IMG/VR virus record: IMGVR_UViG_3300049846_000568 | Location: 32,001 to 96,000 of that record | Strand: one strand, 5' to 3' | Origin: a virus | Length of the DNA: 64,000 bases | Shown here: positions 8,100 through 16,181 of the stretch, in pieces | Layout of the letters: each line of letters begins with the position of its first letter | Position numbering within the stretch: the first letter of the stretch is position 1 | The notes under the pieces: generated by a model | Databases searched by the model: none | What the model saw: only the letters and a program-made list of their open reading frames with translations | What the model was told of the DNA's origin: nothing | Program-made: the position numbers and the translations under genes

Positions 8100-8305
8100 A
8101 AAGGGCGCACCACCAACTCTACACGATCAAGAGCATCGAGGTACTCTTCGTCAATCTGTCGCGCGGCAATCAGTAGAGCGGTATCCTCATCGGATGCCAG
8201 CACTGTCTGAACCTCAACAATAAGCTCGGAACGAGCACCGTTCTCTGCCTGCTTCTCGGTTGGGTGCAGAATTGCTGCATACTGAAATAGTCTACTCTGT
8301 GTCAT
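8096..8305 (-). CDS. small phage protein ending in VRPF (69 aa)
   Basis: GAGGAG RBS before ATG 8305 (MTQSRLFQYAAILHP...). Confidence 0.8.
   Translation of the reverse strand: MTQSRLFQYAAILHPTEKQAENGARSELIVEVQTVLASDEDTALLIAARQIDEEYLDALDRVELVVRPF
8099..8105 (-). other. -1 programmed frameshift slippery heptamer C_CCU_UUC
   Basis: X_XXY_YYZ in the correct phase, directly followed by UAG. Confidence 0.65.
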
Positions 8306-8336
8306 TTCTTCTCCTCGTTTGGTTGAGGCCAACAAT

Positions 8337-9158
8337 CTACCACATCTCCATATCTGCGTCAAATGATTCCTTGATCTTTTCACGCAATCTATTGAAGTGT
8401 TCTCTTACCGTATTGGGATGTTCGGTTACCTTACGTGCGATATCGCTAGCGCGCATACCGTCAACATAACGCCACTTAAGGAGCTGACGTTCCTGGATTG
8501 TTAGAGTATCGAATGGTGGGTATGCTGTATCCCCTAAGACCCAATACTCATCAATCTCATCAGGACCAAGAGTCTCCTCGGGGGATGGCTCGGGTGGTGC
8601 AGGGAATCCGGGGTAGAATTCCTCTATCTCATCAGACATAGCATCCTGATCCTGTAGGGGGAACGTTTTACGGCCCAACTGGTCAATGAGGAAAGTGTCC
8701 ACATTGCGCTTTAGTAGGTAGTAGAAGTAGCTGTAGATGTAGCCGCTGAACGGTACCCAGCCACCCCTTTTCGATTCGCGCCTCTTGTAGATAGAGATAC
8801 AATAAAGGAATGTCATCTGCACAGTCTGGCGAACATCGTCCTCATCGCCATAGCGCCGGGCCATACCTTGAATCCTCTGCATGATCTCGGCTACGTGCCT
8901 ACGGCCACCGTCGTTTAGCTTGTTGCGTAGGAGATGGAAACGAACAACGGGATCTTTAACAAACAACGAGATGAACTTGCGCATGTCGTAGTTGTTTACG
9001 TCGTACACGCCGTAATATAGCAATGAAACATACTTGGACAAGAACGGCTCAAACTTCTGCAGTAATTGTGCCTGGACTTTTTGATCGCCAGCCTTAGCCC
9101 TCTCCAGAAGCTCTTGAATTTCGTCCTCTGGAATCGTGTAATAGTCTTTAGTACCCAT
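8337..9158 (-). CDS. phage sigma-70 family RNA polymerase sigma factor
   Basis: LLERAKAGD...LLQKFEPF, DDVRQ...F..YIY (region 2) and LTIQERQLLKWRYVDGMRASDIA..HPNTVREH (region 4 HTH). Confidence 0.85.
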   Translation of the reverse strand: MGTKDYYTIPEDEIQELLERAKAGDQKVQAQLLQKFEPFLSKYVSLLYYGVYDVNNYDMRKFISLFVKDPVVRFHLLRNKLNDGGRRHVAEIMQRIQGMARRYGDEDDVRQTVQMTFLYCISIYKRRESKRGGWVPFSGYIYSYFYYLLKRNVDTFLIDQLGRKTFPLQDQDAMSDEIEEFYPGFPAPPEPSPEETLGPDEIDEYWVLGDTAYPPFDTLTIQERQLLKWRYVDGMRASDIARKVTEHPNTVREHFNRLREKIKESFDADMEMW

Positions 9159-9161
9159 AAC

Positions 9162-9596
9162 CTACTCCCAATTCTTAAGCTTATCTTTGTACTCTTTAAC
9201 AAGGTCGTCGTAGTAAGCAAGTATTGGGATGTTGAGTTCCTGGTAGAACTTAGTTGCCGCGTTGTTAGCGTTCTTCGTGATGACCTTCAGTTTTGCGAAC
9301 TCTTCTGGATAACGTTTCTTGAAACGCCTGATCTTCGTTTTGTCTTGGGGCTTTAGATACCCTTTTACCTCTATCCAAAAGTAGTCAGATTTCTTACCCT
9401 TCCAGACTTTCATGTCCGGCGTGTAGCCACGAGTGCCACGCTTGATGTCTTCAAAGTAGAATATCTCAGGTTCATACTCCCACTTGTACTTCTGCTTGTT
9501 AAGCCATAGGAGTACGTTGTTCTCCCACGAACTACGCACAGATACTCCAAGGTGTTCTCTGTACCCTTGATGTGAATTCTGGTAATTCCTACGCAT
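9162..9596 (-). CDS. PD-(D/E)xK endonuclease (restriction-like or resolvase-like)
   Basis: RSSWE..WEYEP..YTPD..IEVKG; start moved to ATG 9596 (AGGAG 7 nt upstream). Confidence 0.8.
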   Translation of the reverse strand: MRRNYQNSHQGYREHLGVSVRSSWENNVLLWLNKQKYKWEYEPEIFYFEDIKRGTRGYTPDMKVWKGKKSDYFWIEVKGYLKPQDKTKIRRFKKRYPEEFAKLKVITKNANNAATKFYQELNIPILAYYDDLVKEYKDKLKNWE

Positions 9597-9627
9597 AAGC
9601 ATACTCCTATATAGCCTTATGGTATAT

Positions 9628-9656
9628 AGAGTACCATACCAAAAAAAGTTCGTCAA
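9628..9656 (-). promoter_or_regulatory. sigma70/SigA-type promoter TTGACG-17-TACTCT with extended TG
   Basis: Faces the endonuclease-sigma-RPF gene run. Confidence 0.7.
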
Positions 9657-9660
9657 ATAC

Positions 9661-9689
9661 TTGACATGGGTATTCTGCGGTGATAATGT
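9661..9689 (+). promoter_or_regulatory. sigma70/SigA-type promoter TTGACA-17-TAATGT with extended TG; leaderless
   Basis: Perfect -35; ATG 7 nt after the -10. Confidence 0.75.
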
Positions 9690-9696
9690 ATCGGCC

Positions 9697-9924
9697 ATGA
9701 AGAACATTAACAACAACACAAACGCAAACCTAACAGCCGCCATTGAGAACCTGAACGAGGCACTTCTAGACTCAGTCTATTGTGGCCTACTAGATGCAGG
9801 TTACACACCAGGCGAGGCTTACGAGTCTACCTTTGGTACCGGCGCAGTCGCTCTAGTGAGCAGCGTGTCCGGCGACGAGGTTGACGTATCCAACGACGAG
9901 GGTCCTATCTGGGGCGCCTTTTAG
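9697..9924 (+). CDS. small acidic hypothetical protein (75 aa, leaderless)
   Basis: ATG at predicted transcription start; only credible plus-strand gene after 6.9 kb. Confidence 0.65.
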   Translation: MKNINNNTNANLTAAIENLNEALLDSVYCGLLDAGYTPGEAYESTFGTGAVALVSSVSGDEVDVSNDEGPIWGAF

Positions 9925-10693
9925 CCCCAGTAGGACAAACACCGGACTTAGCATGGTCGCAGAAGGAGCAGATTGATTTGTCCGAGGTTGTCTTAAAGTG
10001 CTTTTTATAGATAATCTCATTGACTAAGTCCAACAACCTAGATTCAACGGCTTCAAGGTCACCATCTGTAAAGAGGTGGCCTTTTTGCCGTCCGGACTTT
10101 AGGTAATACAACTCTGCGTAGACATCCTTATCGGGGTAGAACTTCTTCATCGCCAATGCATAGATGCCCAACTGTAGGTCATCCGGTACATTCTTCGCTG
10201 CGACCTCACGACTACCAGACTTGTAGTCTGTGATGTAGAGGGTGTTGTTGCTAATGTCAACGCGGTCGATGTAGCCCCTCAGCAGTGCGGAACCAACCAC
10301 AATCTCAAACCCCATCTCCTTAGCGATGATGGGGAACGCTTCACCATGATGCTTGTCCAAGAAATCTTCCAGGATCTTGAAGCCAATCTCGATGTAGCGA
10401 TCAGAGATTATCTTGTCTGGGTCGTAGCTGTCGCGCTGCTTGAGGAACTCATCAATGTACTCTTCTCCTCGGCTTTTATCTACGGGCTGATCAGGCTCTA
10501 GTAGGTTCTCCAAGACTGCGTGAATGATGTTACCAAGCTTGGCGGCCTCGCCAAAGAGGCTCTCTTCCTTTTGGATATAGGAATAGAAGTACATGGCCTC
10601 GCACATCTTGTATGTGTTCAGCCTTGAATAACTAAGTGGCGTCAAACTCAGACGTTCCAAATCAGTTAATTCGTCAAGCAGTCTTACTGTCAT
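9905..10693 (-). CDS. RecB/Cas4-like PD-(D/E)xK exonuclease
   Basis: LSYSRLNTYKMC, GNIIH, GYIDRVD, DYKSG, QLGIY, CSFC...C. Confidence 0.9.
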   Translation of the reverse strand: MTVRLLDELTDLERLSLTPLSYSRLNTYKMCEAMYFYSYIQKEESLFGEAAKLGNIIHAVLENLLEPDQPVDKSRGEEYIDEFLKQRDSYDPDKIISDRYIEIGFKILEDFLDKHHGEAFPIIAKEMGFEIVVGSALLRGYIDRVDISNNTLYITDYKSGSREVAAKNVPDDLQLGIYALAMKKFYPDKDVYAELYYLKSGRQKGHLFTDGDLEAVESRLLDLVNEIIYKKHFKTTSDKSICSFCDHAKSGVCPTGAKRRPR

Positions 10694-11049
10694 TATTCTC
10701 CTAGTAGGTACTTTGTTGCTTGGGGGTTCCTTCTTAGCGTATCTAAGAGAGTGGAGCCTATATGCATGATCATCTTTTCTTCTGTTTCATTACCAAATTC
10801 ATTCGAACCACCAGTAATGTAGAAGATGTAGTGTAGAATTTCGTGAAGCAGGGTGTCGGCTTTTGAGTCGTCTCCCTGTTCTGGAGCTATCAATATCTGC
10901 TGTAACTCAGGAGAACAAAACCCGACCGCTTCGGTTATGTCGTTCTCCACACGAGCCTTATGCATGGGGGCATCTTTGTATAGGATCTTTACGTCATACG
11001 GACCGATCTTCATCCTTGTCGGTTTCGGGGTCTTCTTGCTCTTCGACAT
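10693..11049 (-). CDS. HExxH metallopeptidase-like phage protein
   Basis: DTLLHEILH ... EE. Confidence 0.75.
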   Translation of the reverse strand: MSKSKKTPKPTRMKIGPYDVKILYKDAPMHKARVENDITEAVGFCSPELQQILIAPEQGDDSKADTLLHEILHYIFYITGGSNEFGNETEEKMIMHIGSTLLDTLRRNPQATKYLLGE

Positions 11050-11140
11050 GCTCTAAAAACTCCTTGGTCTTAGGATTGAATAGTCCGCCGTCTTTAGCGA
11101 CGAATCCGGTCTCACCGATCTCCATGAAATCATCATCCAT
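10994..11140 (-). CDS. small acidic hypothetical protein (48 aa, MDDDFMEIGETGF...); not in ORF track
   Basis: AAGGAG RBS; fills the gap. Confidence 0.5.
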   Translation of the reverse strand: MDDDFMEIGETGFVAKDGGLFNPKTKEFLEHVEEQEDPETDKDEDRSV

Positions 11141-11309
11141 CTTTCAGCTCCTTCAAAGCCCAACCATAAAGGTCATCAATTAACTCCACCAAGTCACTCA
11201 TCTCTTCTTCCTTAAACCACAAGCCCATAACGCCGTTCTGTAGCCAGATACGACCATCGTCATAGTACTCGATAAGAACTTGGTTGTTCTTGTATTGTTC
11301 TTTAGCCAT
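11133..11309 (-). CDS. hypothetical protein (58 aa, MAKEQYKNN...)
   Basis: Start reassigned to ATG overlapping the upstream gene end. Confidence 0.6.
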   Translation of the reverse strand: MAKEQYKNNQVLIEYYDDGRIWLQNGVMGLWFKEEEMSDLVELIDDLYGWALKELKDG

Positions 11310-11724
11310 TGTTGCGCTTCTGGCTCCACCACTTATCGGTAGAGGTGCCGTCATTGAACTGAATTGGATCCCAATCTGGGTCACCAATACGCTCTCTCGT
11401 GTCTGCCAGATAGCTGTTCCAGTCGGCCTCATCCTGTGAGATGTTGTCGTACTTAACAACGGCGGCAAACGGATCAGACTGCATACGGACAACGACGAGC
11501 TGGCCCTCCTGGGTAACCCACTGCAGGATCCCCTGAGCGCAACGGCAGTAATCGTCGGCGTGTGGCACTCTGCAGCCAGCCTTGTCTAGCCTGCCACTGC
11601 ATTTCTCGCCACAATTGTACCTATCCTTGTTAGAGCAGCGACCACAAGATGTGCAGTACTTCCAGCAGTGCCTTTCTGTTGGATCCCTGTATGTCCCCGG
11701 CGGGGCACTCATTGGCTTACCCAT
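11302..11724 (-). CDS. Cys-rich hypothetical protein (140 aa)
   Basis: Nine Cys in N-terminal half; coupled to dnaE end. Confidence 0.7.
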   Translation of the reverse strand: MGKPMSAPPGTYRDPTERHCWKYCTSCGRCSNKDRYNCGEKCSGRLDKAGCRVPHADDYCRCAQGILQWVTQEGQLVVVRMQSDPFAAVVKYDNISQDEADWNSYLADTRERIGDPDWDPIQFNDGTSTDKWWSQKRNNG

Positions 11725-14700
11725 TCAAAACCTCATTCAAACTTACGATCTGTTCTAGTGTTTCTCTTATGCTGTAGGATGTGGCCTTCTTGAATCTGAA
11801 TGTCACATCATGATTGCCCTCTCGCATCGTGACATAGACTGGAGAGGTACCGTTTACCCTTCCAATTATATCATTTAGACGTTCTATTTGCTTAGGCGTT
11901 AGCCTGCTTTCTGTCTTAAGCATGATGGGAGGGCCTGCGTTGATTGCCGAATCGCTCAACTTTGTGAAGCCGTTGAAAGCCAGCTTAACAAAGACGTTCT
12001 CACCATCCTCGTCAGTCTCTCGCATAACTCGACCTGACATGATTCCGATGTGCCCCTCTACAAGATCACTAGTATCTACCTTGTCGATCATGCCGGGAAA
12101 CACGAGGGATGTGATGTCACCCGTGAGATCCTCGAAGCTCATGATGATCATCTGCTTATTGGCTTTGGTTACCTTCTTCTGGACGTTCGTGATAATGCCG
12201 CCCAACCTTACCGGCTCACTAGCCGTGTAGGTCATTAGGTCGGCAATTTCATGCGACACATCCTTCTCTAGATAGGGCCAGATATCGCTTAGCGGATGCT
12301 CCGTAACATAGAGTCCAATCTCTTTCTTTTCTTCCTCAAGAATCTCTAGCATATCCTCTCTACCGACTTCGGATTCTGGGTCAAACCAGACCAATGTGTC
12401 TAGAGCGCCAGATCTCGTAAGGTGTTCGATAGCCGCCTTGTTTAGCACGGCTTTGTCAGCGTGGCGCAGGAAGCCATACAGCGTGCCGAAACCATCTTCT
12501 GGCCTGCTTGCTAGCAGTGGGTCAACAATCTTGTCGCCAAGGCCATCAATAGCCGATAGACCGAAGACGATCTGCCCACTGTCGTTCACTGTAAACTCTG
12601 ACTCAGAGATATCTACCGATGGAGGAAGGACCTCAATACCCATCTTGCGGCAGTGGTTGAGGTACTGCGCCAACCTGGGTTTCTTGTTGGCGGTAGAAGT
12701 CAAGCATGCTGCCATATACTCGGCGGGGTAGTGTGTACGTAGCCATGCGGTCACATAAGACACCATTCCATATGATGCGGCGTGGGCCTTGTTGAAGCCA
12801 TAACCGGCAAAGTACTCAATATCGGAATAGATCTTGTTGCTGATCTTCTCTTCGATATCGTTATCTTTGGCGTCGCTTACGAACTTTTCTCTGTACTTAC
12901 CTACCTTCTCCATCAATTTCTTACCAATGACTTTGCGCAAGTCGTCAGCCTGGTCTGCACCCCAACCGGTAACTGCCCTAGTGGCGTTAAGTACATCCTC
13001 CTGGTAGAGCATGATGCCATACGACTGGTCGAGCACGTTCTCTAGGATGGGGTGAGGATAGGCTACAGGCTCACGCCCATGCTTGCGGTTGATATACATC
13101 TTGTCCATGCCGGAACCCATAGGACCAGGACGATAAAGGGACACAATAGCCATCAGGTCGTCAACAGATGATGGTCGCACTGCTGCGGTCATCTCCTGCA
13201 TGCCTGGTGACTCCATCTGAAACACACCCATCGTGTCGCCACGAGACAGTTCCGCAAATACATCCTCATCGTCTAGCGGCAGGTTGTCTGGATCAATGTC
13301 GATGCCCGAATTCTCTTTAATGGCCTTCACAGTCATATCAATGACGCCAAGGTTTCGCAGTGCGAGGCAGTCAACCTTCAGCATGCCGACCTCTTCTAGG
13401 CGTCTCATGTCCCACTGGCTTACGAGCGGTGTATTCTCACCCTTCTGCATGACGGGAACGTAGTCTGTCAACGGACCAGGAGCGATGACAACACCAGCAG
13501 CGTGGATACCGGTCTGCCTAAAGACGCCCTCTAGACCTCTTGCCGAGTCGATGATGTCTCTCGCGTCTGCGTCACCGTCATATAGGGCCTTCAACTCGGG
13601 AGTGATGCTGAGGGACTCTTCTAGCGACTTTGACACACCAAGAACTGGAGGGGGCATGAGTTTGGAGATTCGATCAGCCAACTCATACTCATACCCAAGC
13701 ACTCTGGCGGCATCTCGTACGGCAGCGCGAGCGCCAACAGTTGAGAATGTGGCGATCTGACAGACCCTATCCTCACCGTACTTGTCGCGAGCGTATTGAA
13801 TTACCTTGTCTCTGTAACGGTCATCGAAGTCCAAGTCGATATCTGGCATAGACTTTCGCCCTTCCACCAGGAATCGCTCGAAGATGAGACCAAACTTGAT
13901 CGGGTCCAAGTTGGTGATCTTAAGTGCATATGACAGGATACTTCCTGCCGCCGATCCTCGGCCAAACCCTACACGAATGCCGTTGTTCTTAGCCCACCTA
14001 ACAAGGTCGCCCACTACGAGGAAGTACTCGATAAAGCCCATTCGCTTTACTACGCCCAACTCATGGTTGGCACGGTCAATTACCTCTTGCGGAAGAGGAT
14101 CACCGTAACGGTCCTTAAGTCCTTCCCATAGCTGTTCCTCTAGAAACTCATCAGGAGTCTTTTCCTTTGGAACGTCTGGGAACTTAGGGAAGTGAAACTC
14201 CCCAAACTCTAGCGCGACGTCGACCATATCTGCTAGGTCGCATGTGTTTTGTAGCCACTCTGGCTCAAACTTCTTCAACATCTCATCATAGGAGTGCAGG
14301 AAGAAACCATCGCCCTCAAACTTGAATCGCTTCTCATCAGCGAAGGTGGCCTTAGTGCCAGCGCAAAGCATAACGTCGTGGCTATGTGCATCTTCCTTGA
14401 GCACGTAGTGGCAGTCGCCTGTGGCTACTACCTTGGCCCCGATCATCTTTGCGATCTTGAGAGTATCTTCCTTGACGCGGCGCTGCTCTTCAATGCCGTG
14501 ATCCTGGATCTCGATGAAGTAATTGTCTTTGCCGACGATCTCCTGCATGGTTGACGCATGCTGAAGTGCTGCGTCGAAATCGCCACGCAAGAGAGCCTGC
14601 TGTACCGCACCACCAAGGCAGCCGCTAAGTACGATGATGCCCTCAGCGTGTTGTGAGATAAGGTCTAGATCAAGACGGGGCTTTACAAAGTAGCCCTCTG

Positions 14701-15061
14701 TGTAGGCACGTGAGGAAAGCTTGATCAGATTCCTGTAGCCCGCTGCATTCTGTGCAATGACGCCAAGATGGTACGGGCCTCGCTGATCCCACTCGTTGCG
14801 TGCAGGACCGGAGCGCTCTTCCTCATCTCTGTCGAACCTAGACTTACGAGCCTGGTATGCCTCTAGGCCAAGGATGGGCTTGATGTCGTGTTCCCTGCAG
14901 TGCTCGTAATGGTCTAACCAGCCATGAATATTGCCGTGATCCGTAATCGACAAAGCGCCCATCTGTAGTTCTTTGGCGCGCTTTGCGTATCGCTCTGTTG
15001 TGCCATGTCCGTCAAGCAGACTGAAGGTTGTGTGGTTGTGTAGATTAACCCAATTCTTCAT
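11717..15061 (-). CDS. dnaE: DNA polymerase III alpha subunit (family C)
   Basis: PHP HNHTTFSLLDG/ITDHG, GRGSAAGS, FERFL, SMPDIDLDF, FNKAHA, OB fold; no intein. Confidence 0.97.
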   Translation of the reverse strand: MKNWVNLHNHTTFSLLDGHGTTERYAKRAKELQMGALSITDHGNIHGWLDHYEHCREHDIKPILGLEAYQARKSRFDRDEEERSGPARNEWDQRGPYHLGVIAQNAAGYRNLIKLSSRAYTEGYFVKPRLDLDLISQHAEGIIVLSGCLGGAVQQALLRGDFDAALQHASTMQEIVGKDNYFIEIQDHGIEEQRRVKEDTLKIAKMIGAKVVATGDCHYVLKEDAHSHDVMLCAGTKATFADEKRFKFEGDGFFLHSYDEMLKKFEPEWLQNTCDLADMVDVALEFGEFHFPKFPDVPKEKTPDEFLEEQLWEGLKDRYGDPLPQEVIDRANHELGVVKRMGFIEYFLVVGDLVRWAKNNGIRVGFGRGSAAGSILSYALKITNLDPIKFGLIFERFLVEGRKSMPDIDLDFDDRYRDKVIQYARDKYGEDRVCQIATFSTVGARAAVRDAARVLGYEYELADRISKLMPPPVLGVSKSLEESLSITPELKALYDGDADARDIIDSARGLEGVFRQTGIHAAGVVIAPGPLTDYVPVMQKGENTPLVSQWDMRRLEEVGMLKVDCLALRNLGVIDMTVKAIKENSGIDIDPDNLPLDDEDVFAELSRGDTMGVFQMESPGMQEMTAAVRPSSVDDLMAIVSLYRPGPMGSGMDKMYINRKHGREPVAYPHPILENVLDQSYGIMLYQEDVLNATRAVTGWGADQADDLRKVIGKKLMEKVGKYREKFVSDAKDNDIEEKISNKIYSDIEYFAGYGFNKAHAASYGMVSYVTAWLRTHYPAEYMAACLTSTANKKPRLAQYLNHCRKMGIEVLPPSVDISESEFTVNDSGQIVFGLSAIDGLGDKIVDPLLASRPEDGFGTLYGFLRHADKAVLNKAAIEHLTRSGALDTLVWFDPESEVGREDMLEILEEEKKEIGLYVTEHPLSDIWPYLEKDVSHEIADLMTYTASEPVRLGGIITNVQKKVTKANKQMIIMSFEDLTGDITSLVFPGMIDKVDTSDLVEGHIGIMSGRVMRETDEDGENVFVKLAFNGFTKLSDSAINAGPPIMLKTESRLTPKQIERLNDIIGRVNGTSPVYVTMREGNHDVTFRFKKATSYSIRETLEQIVSLNEVLNG

Positions 15062-15077
15062 TAAAGTTCTCAGACCC

Positions 15078-15293
15078 CTAAGCAGACCTTTCTATCTCTA
15101 GTTCTTTCCAGCCAGGAGATTCCAGCATAAGAACTCTGAGATCGGTAACCTCAATATCTTCGTCTTCGAAAAGCTCCTTAATGTAATCAGTTACCTGACT
15201 AATAGACTCCTCAAAGTAATACCATCCCTTAACTGGCTTATCGTCCTCGTCGTTCTTATTGACTACAAAAAATTCTACCTTATAGATTCTCAC
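15078..15293 (-). CDS. hypothetical protein (VRIYKVEFF...)
   Basis: GGAGG then GTG at 15293. Confidence 0.6.
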   Translation of the reverse strand: MRIYKVEFFVVNKNDEDDKPVKGWYYFEESISQVTDYIKELFEDEDIEVTDLRVLMLESPGWKELEIERSA

Positions 15294-15466
15294 GATACCT
15301 CCACTACGTCCCATTCATCAAACTCCGGCGTTGCCAGCACTGCCAGCACGCTAATACCTTCCTCTTGCACGAAACGAGAAAGTACCGCTCTTACGTCTCG
15401 GGCCTTTTCGATGTAATAGTCAGTGCGCTGACCATCAATCATCAATTCGATTTTGTATACTCTCAT
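15290..15466 (-). CDS. hypothetical protein (58 aa, MRVYKIELM...); not in ORF track
   Basis: Fills the gap; GTGA coupling; resembles the downstream gene. Confidence 0.6.
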   Translation of the reverse strand: MRVYKIELMIDGQRTDYYIEKARDVRAVLSRFVQEEGISVLAVLATPEFDEWDVVEVS

Positions 15467-15686
15467 GGTTCACTTTCCATTTGCGCCAATGCTGGAACGA
15501 TATCACAGCATAGACTGTAGTGTTGATCATAACGGGAACACTGTGGATGAACAGACCATACGGGAACCATAGGGCCCAAACCAGGGCACTGATCAGCCAC
15601 CCAACTCTATACCTACCAGATAGATAAAGGGCTAGCCAACCAATTAACATAGCCGCCCAGCCCAATATCTCAACCCAATCAACCAT
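15435..15686 (-). CDS. three-TM membrane protein (PnuC/SemiSWEET-like)
   Basis: Three hydrophobic helices, GW...W..YG...N...W pattern. Confidence 0.6.
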   Translation of the reverse strand: MVDWVEILGWAAMLIGWLALYLSGRYRVGWLISALVWALWFPYGLFIHSVPVMINTTVYAVISFQHWRKWKVNHESIQNRIDD

Positions 15687-15918
15687 CTTGACTCTTAGAT
15701 GTCCACTTTGGATTATCTGTTCGATAGAACCCACCACCTTTTAAGATCGTACCAGAAAACGAATAAACCCTCTTGAACTTACCATGACACATGGAGTTAC
15801 CTGAAGCTTCATCGTAGGGCTCACCACCGGCATGGTGGTCGATCTTTACAAATAGATCTGGCTCATCGAATTCCACAGTGAACTGACAGTCACTGCAGCG
15901 ATAATCATATTTAGGCAT
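15679..15918 (-). CDS. FmdB-like zinc ribbon protein
   Basis: MPKYDYRCSDC ... KRVYS...KGGGFYRTD. Confidence 0.8.
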   Translation of the reverse strand: MPKYDYRCSDCQFTVEFDEPDLFVKIDHHAGGEPYDEASGNSMCHGKFKRVYSFSGTILKGGGFYRTDNPKWTSKSQDG

Positions 15919-16150
15919 CGTCGTCCCCGGTAGACGGAGGATGGTAGATCCCACGCTCCACATCCTTGTTGTTCAGGAAGTTTTCGCGATTGCGGCGATG
16001 ACGATCTTCCTCGCCAACGTGGCGAATAACCTGAACTACGCCTCCACAAAACTTGCATGGCGGCTCATTAAATGGCGAGCGCTCCATGTATGCTGCTGGC
16101 TGATCAGAATGGCATTCTGTACAAACGCCAACATAAAATGATTCATCCAT
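15911..16150 (-). CDS. zinc-ribbon hypothetical protein
   Basis: CTEC ... CKFC. Confidence 0.7.
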   Translation of the reverse strand: MDESFYVGVCTECHSDQPAAYMERSPFNEPPCKFCGGVVQVIRHVGEEDRHRRNRENFLNNKDVERGIYHPPSTGDDDA

Positions 16151-16181
16151 AACTATTCCTAACTTTCTTGATGTATTTCAA

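Noticed and set aside
7891-8223. Plus-strand 110-aa ORF from the track
   Set aside because: No RBS or promoter; antisense to the RPF gene and its -1 extension
9597-9743. Track N-terminal extensions of ORFs 9162-9743 and 9619-9924
   Set aside because: They run across the divergent promoters; better starts are 9596 (with RBS) and 9697 (leaderless)
9905-10693. Cas4-like gene as evidence of CRISPR-Cas
   Set aside because: No array or other cas genes seen; solo RecB/Cas4-like nucleases are common in phages
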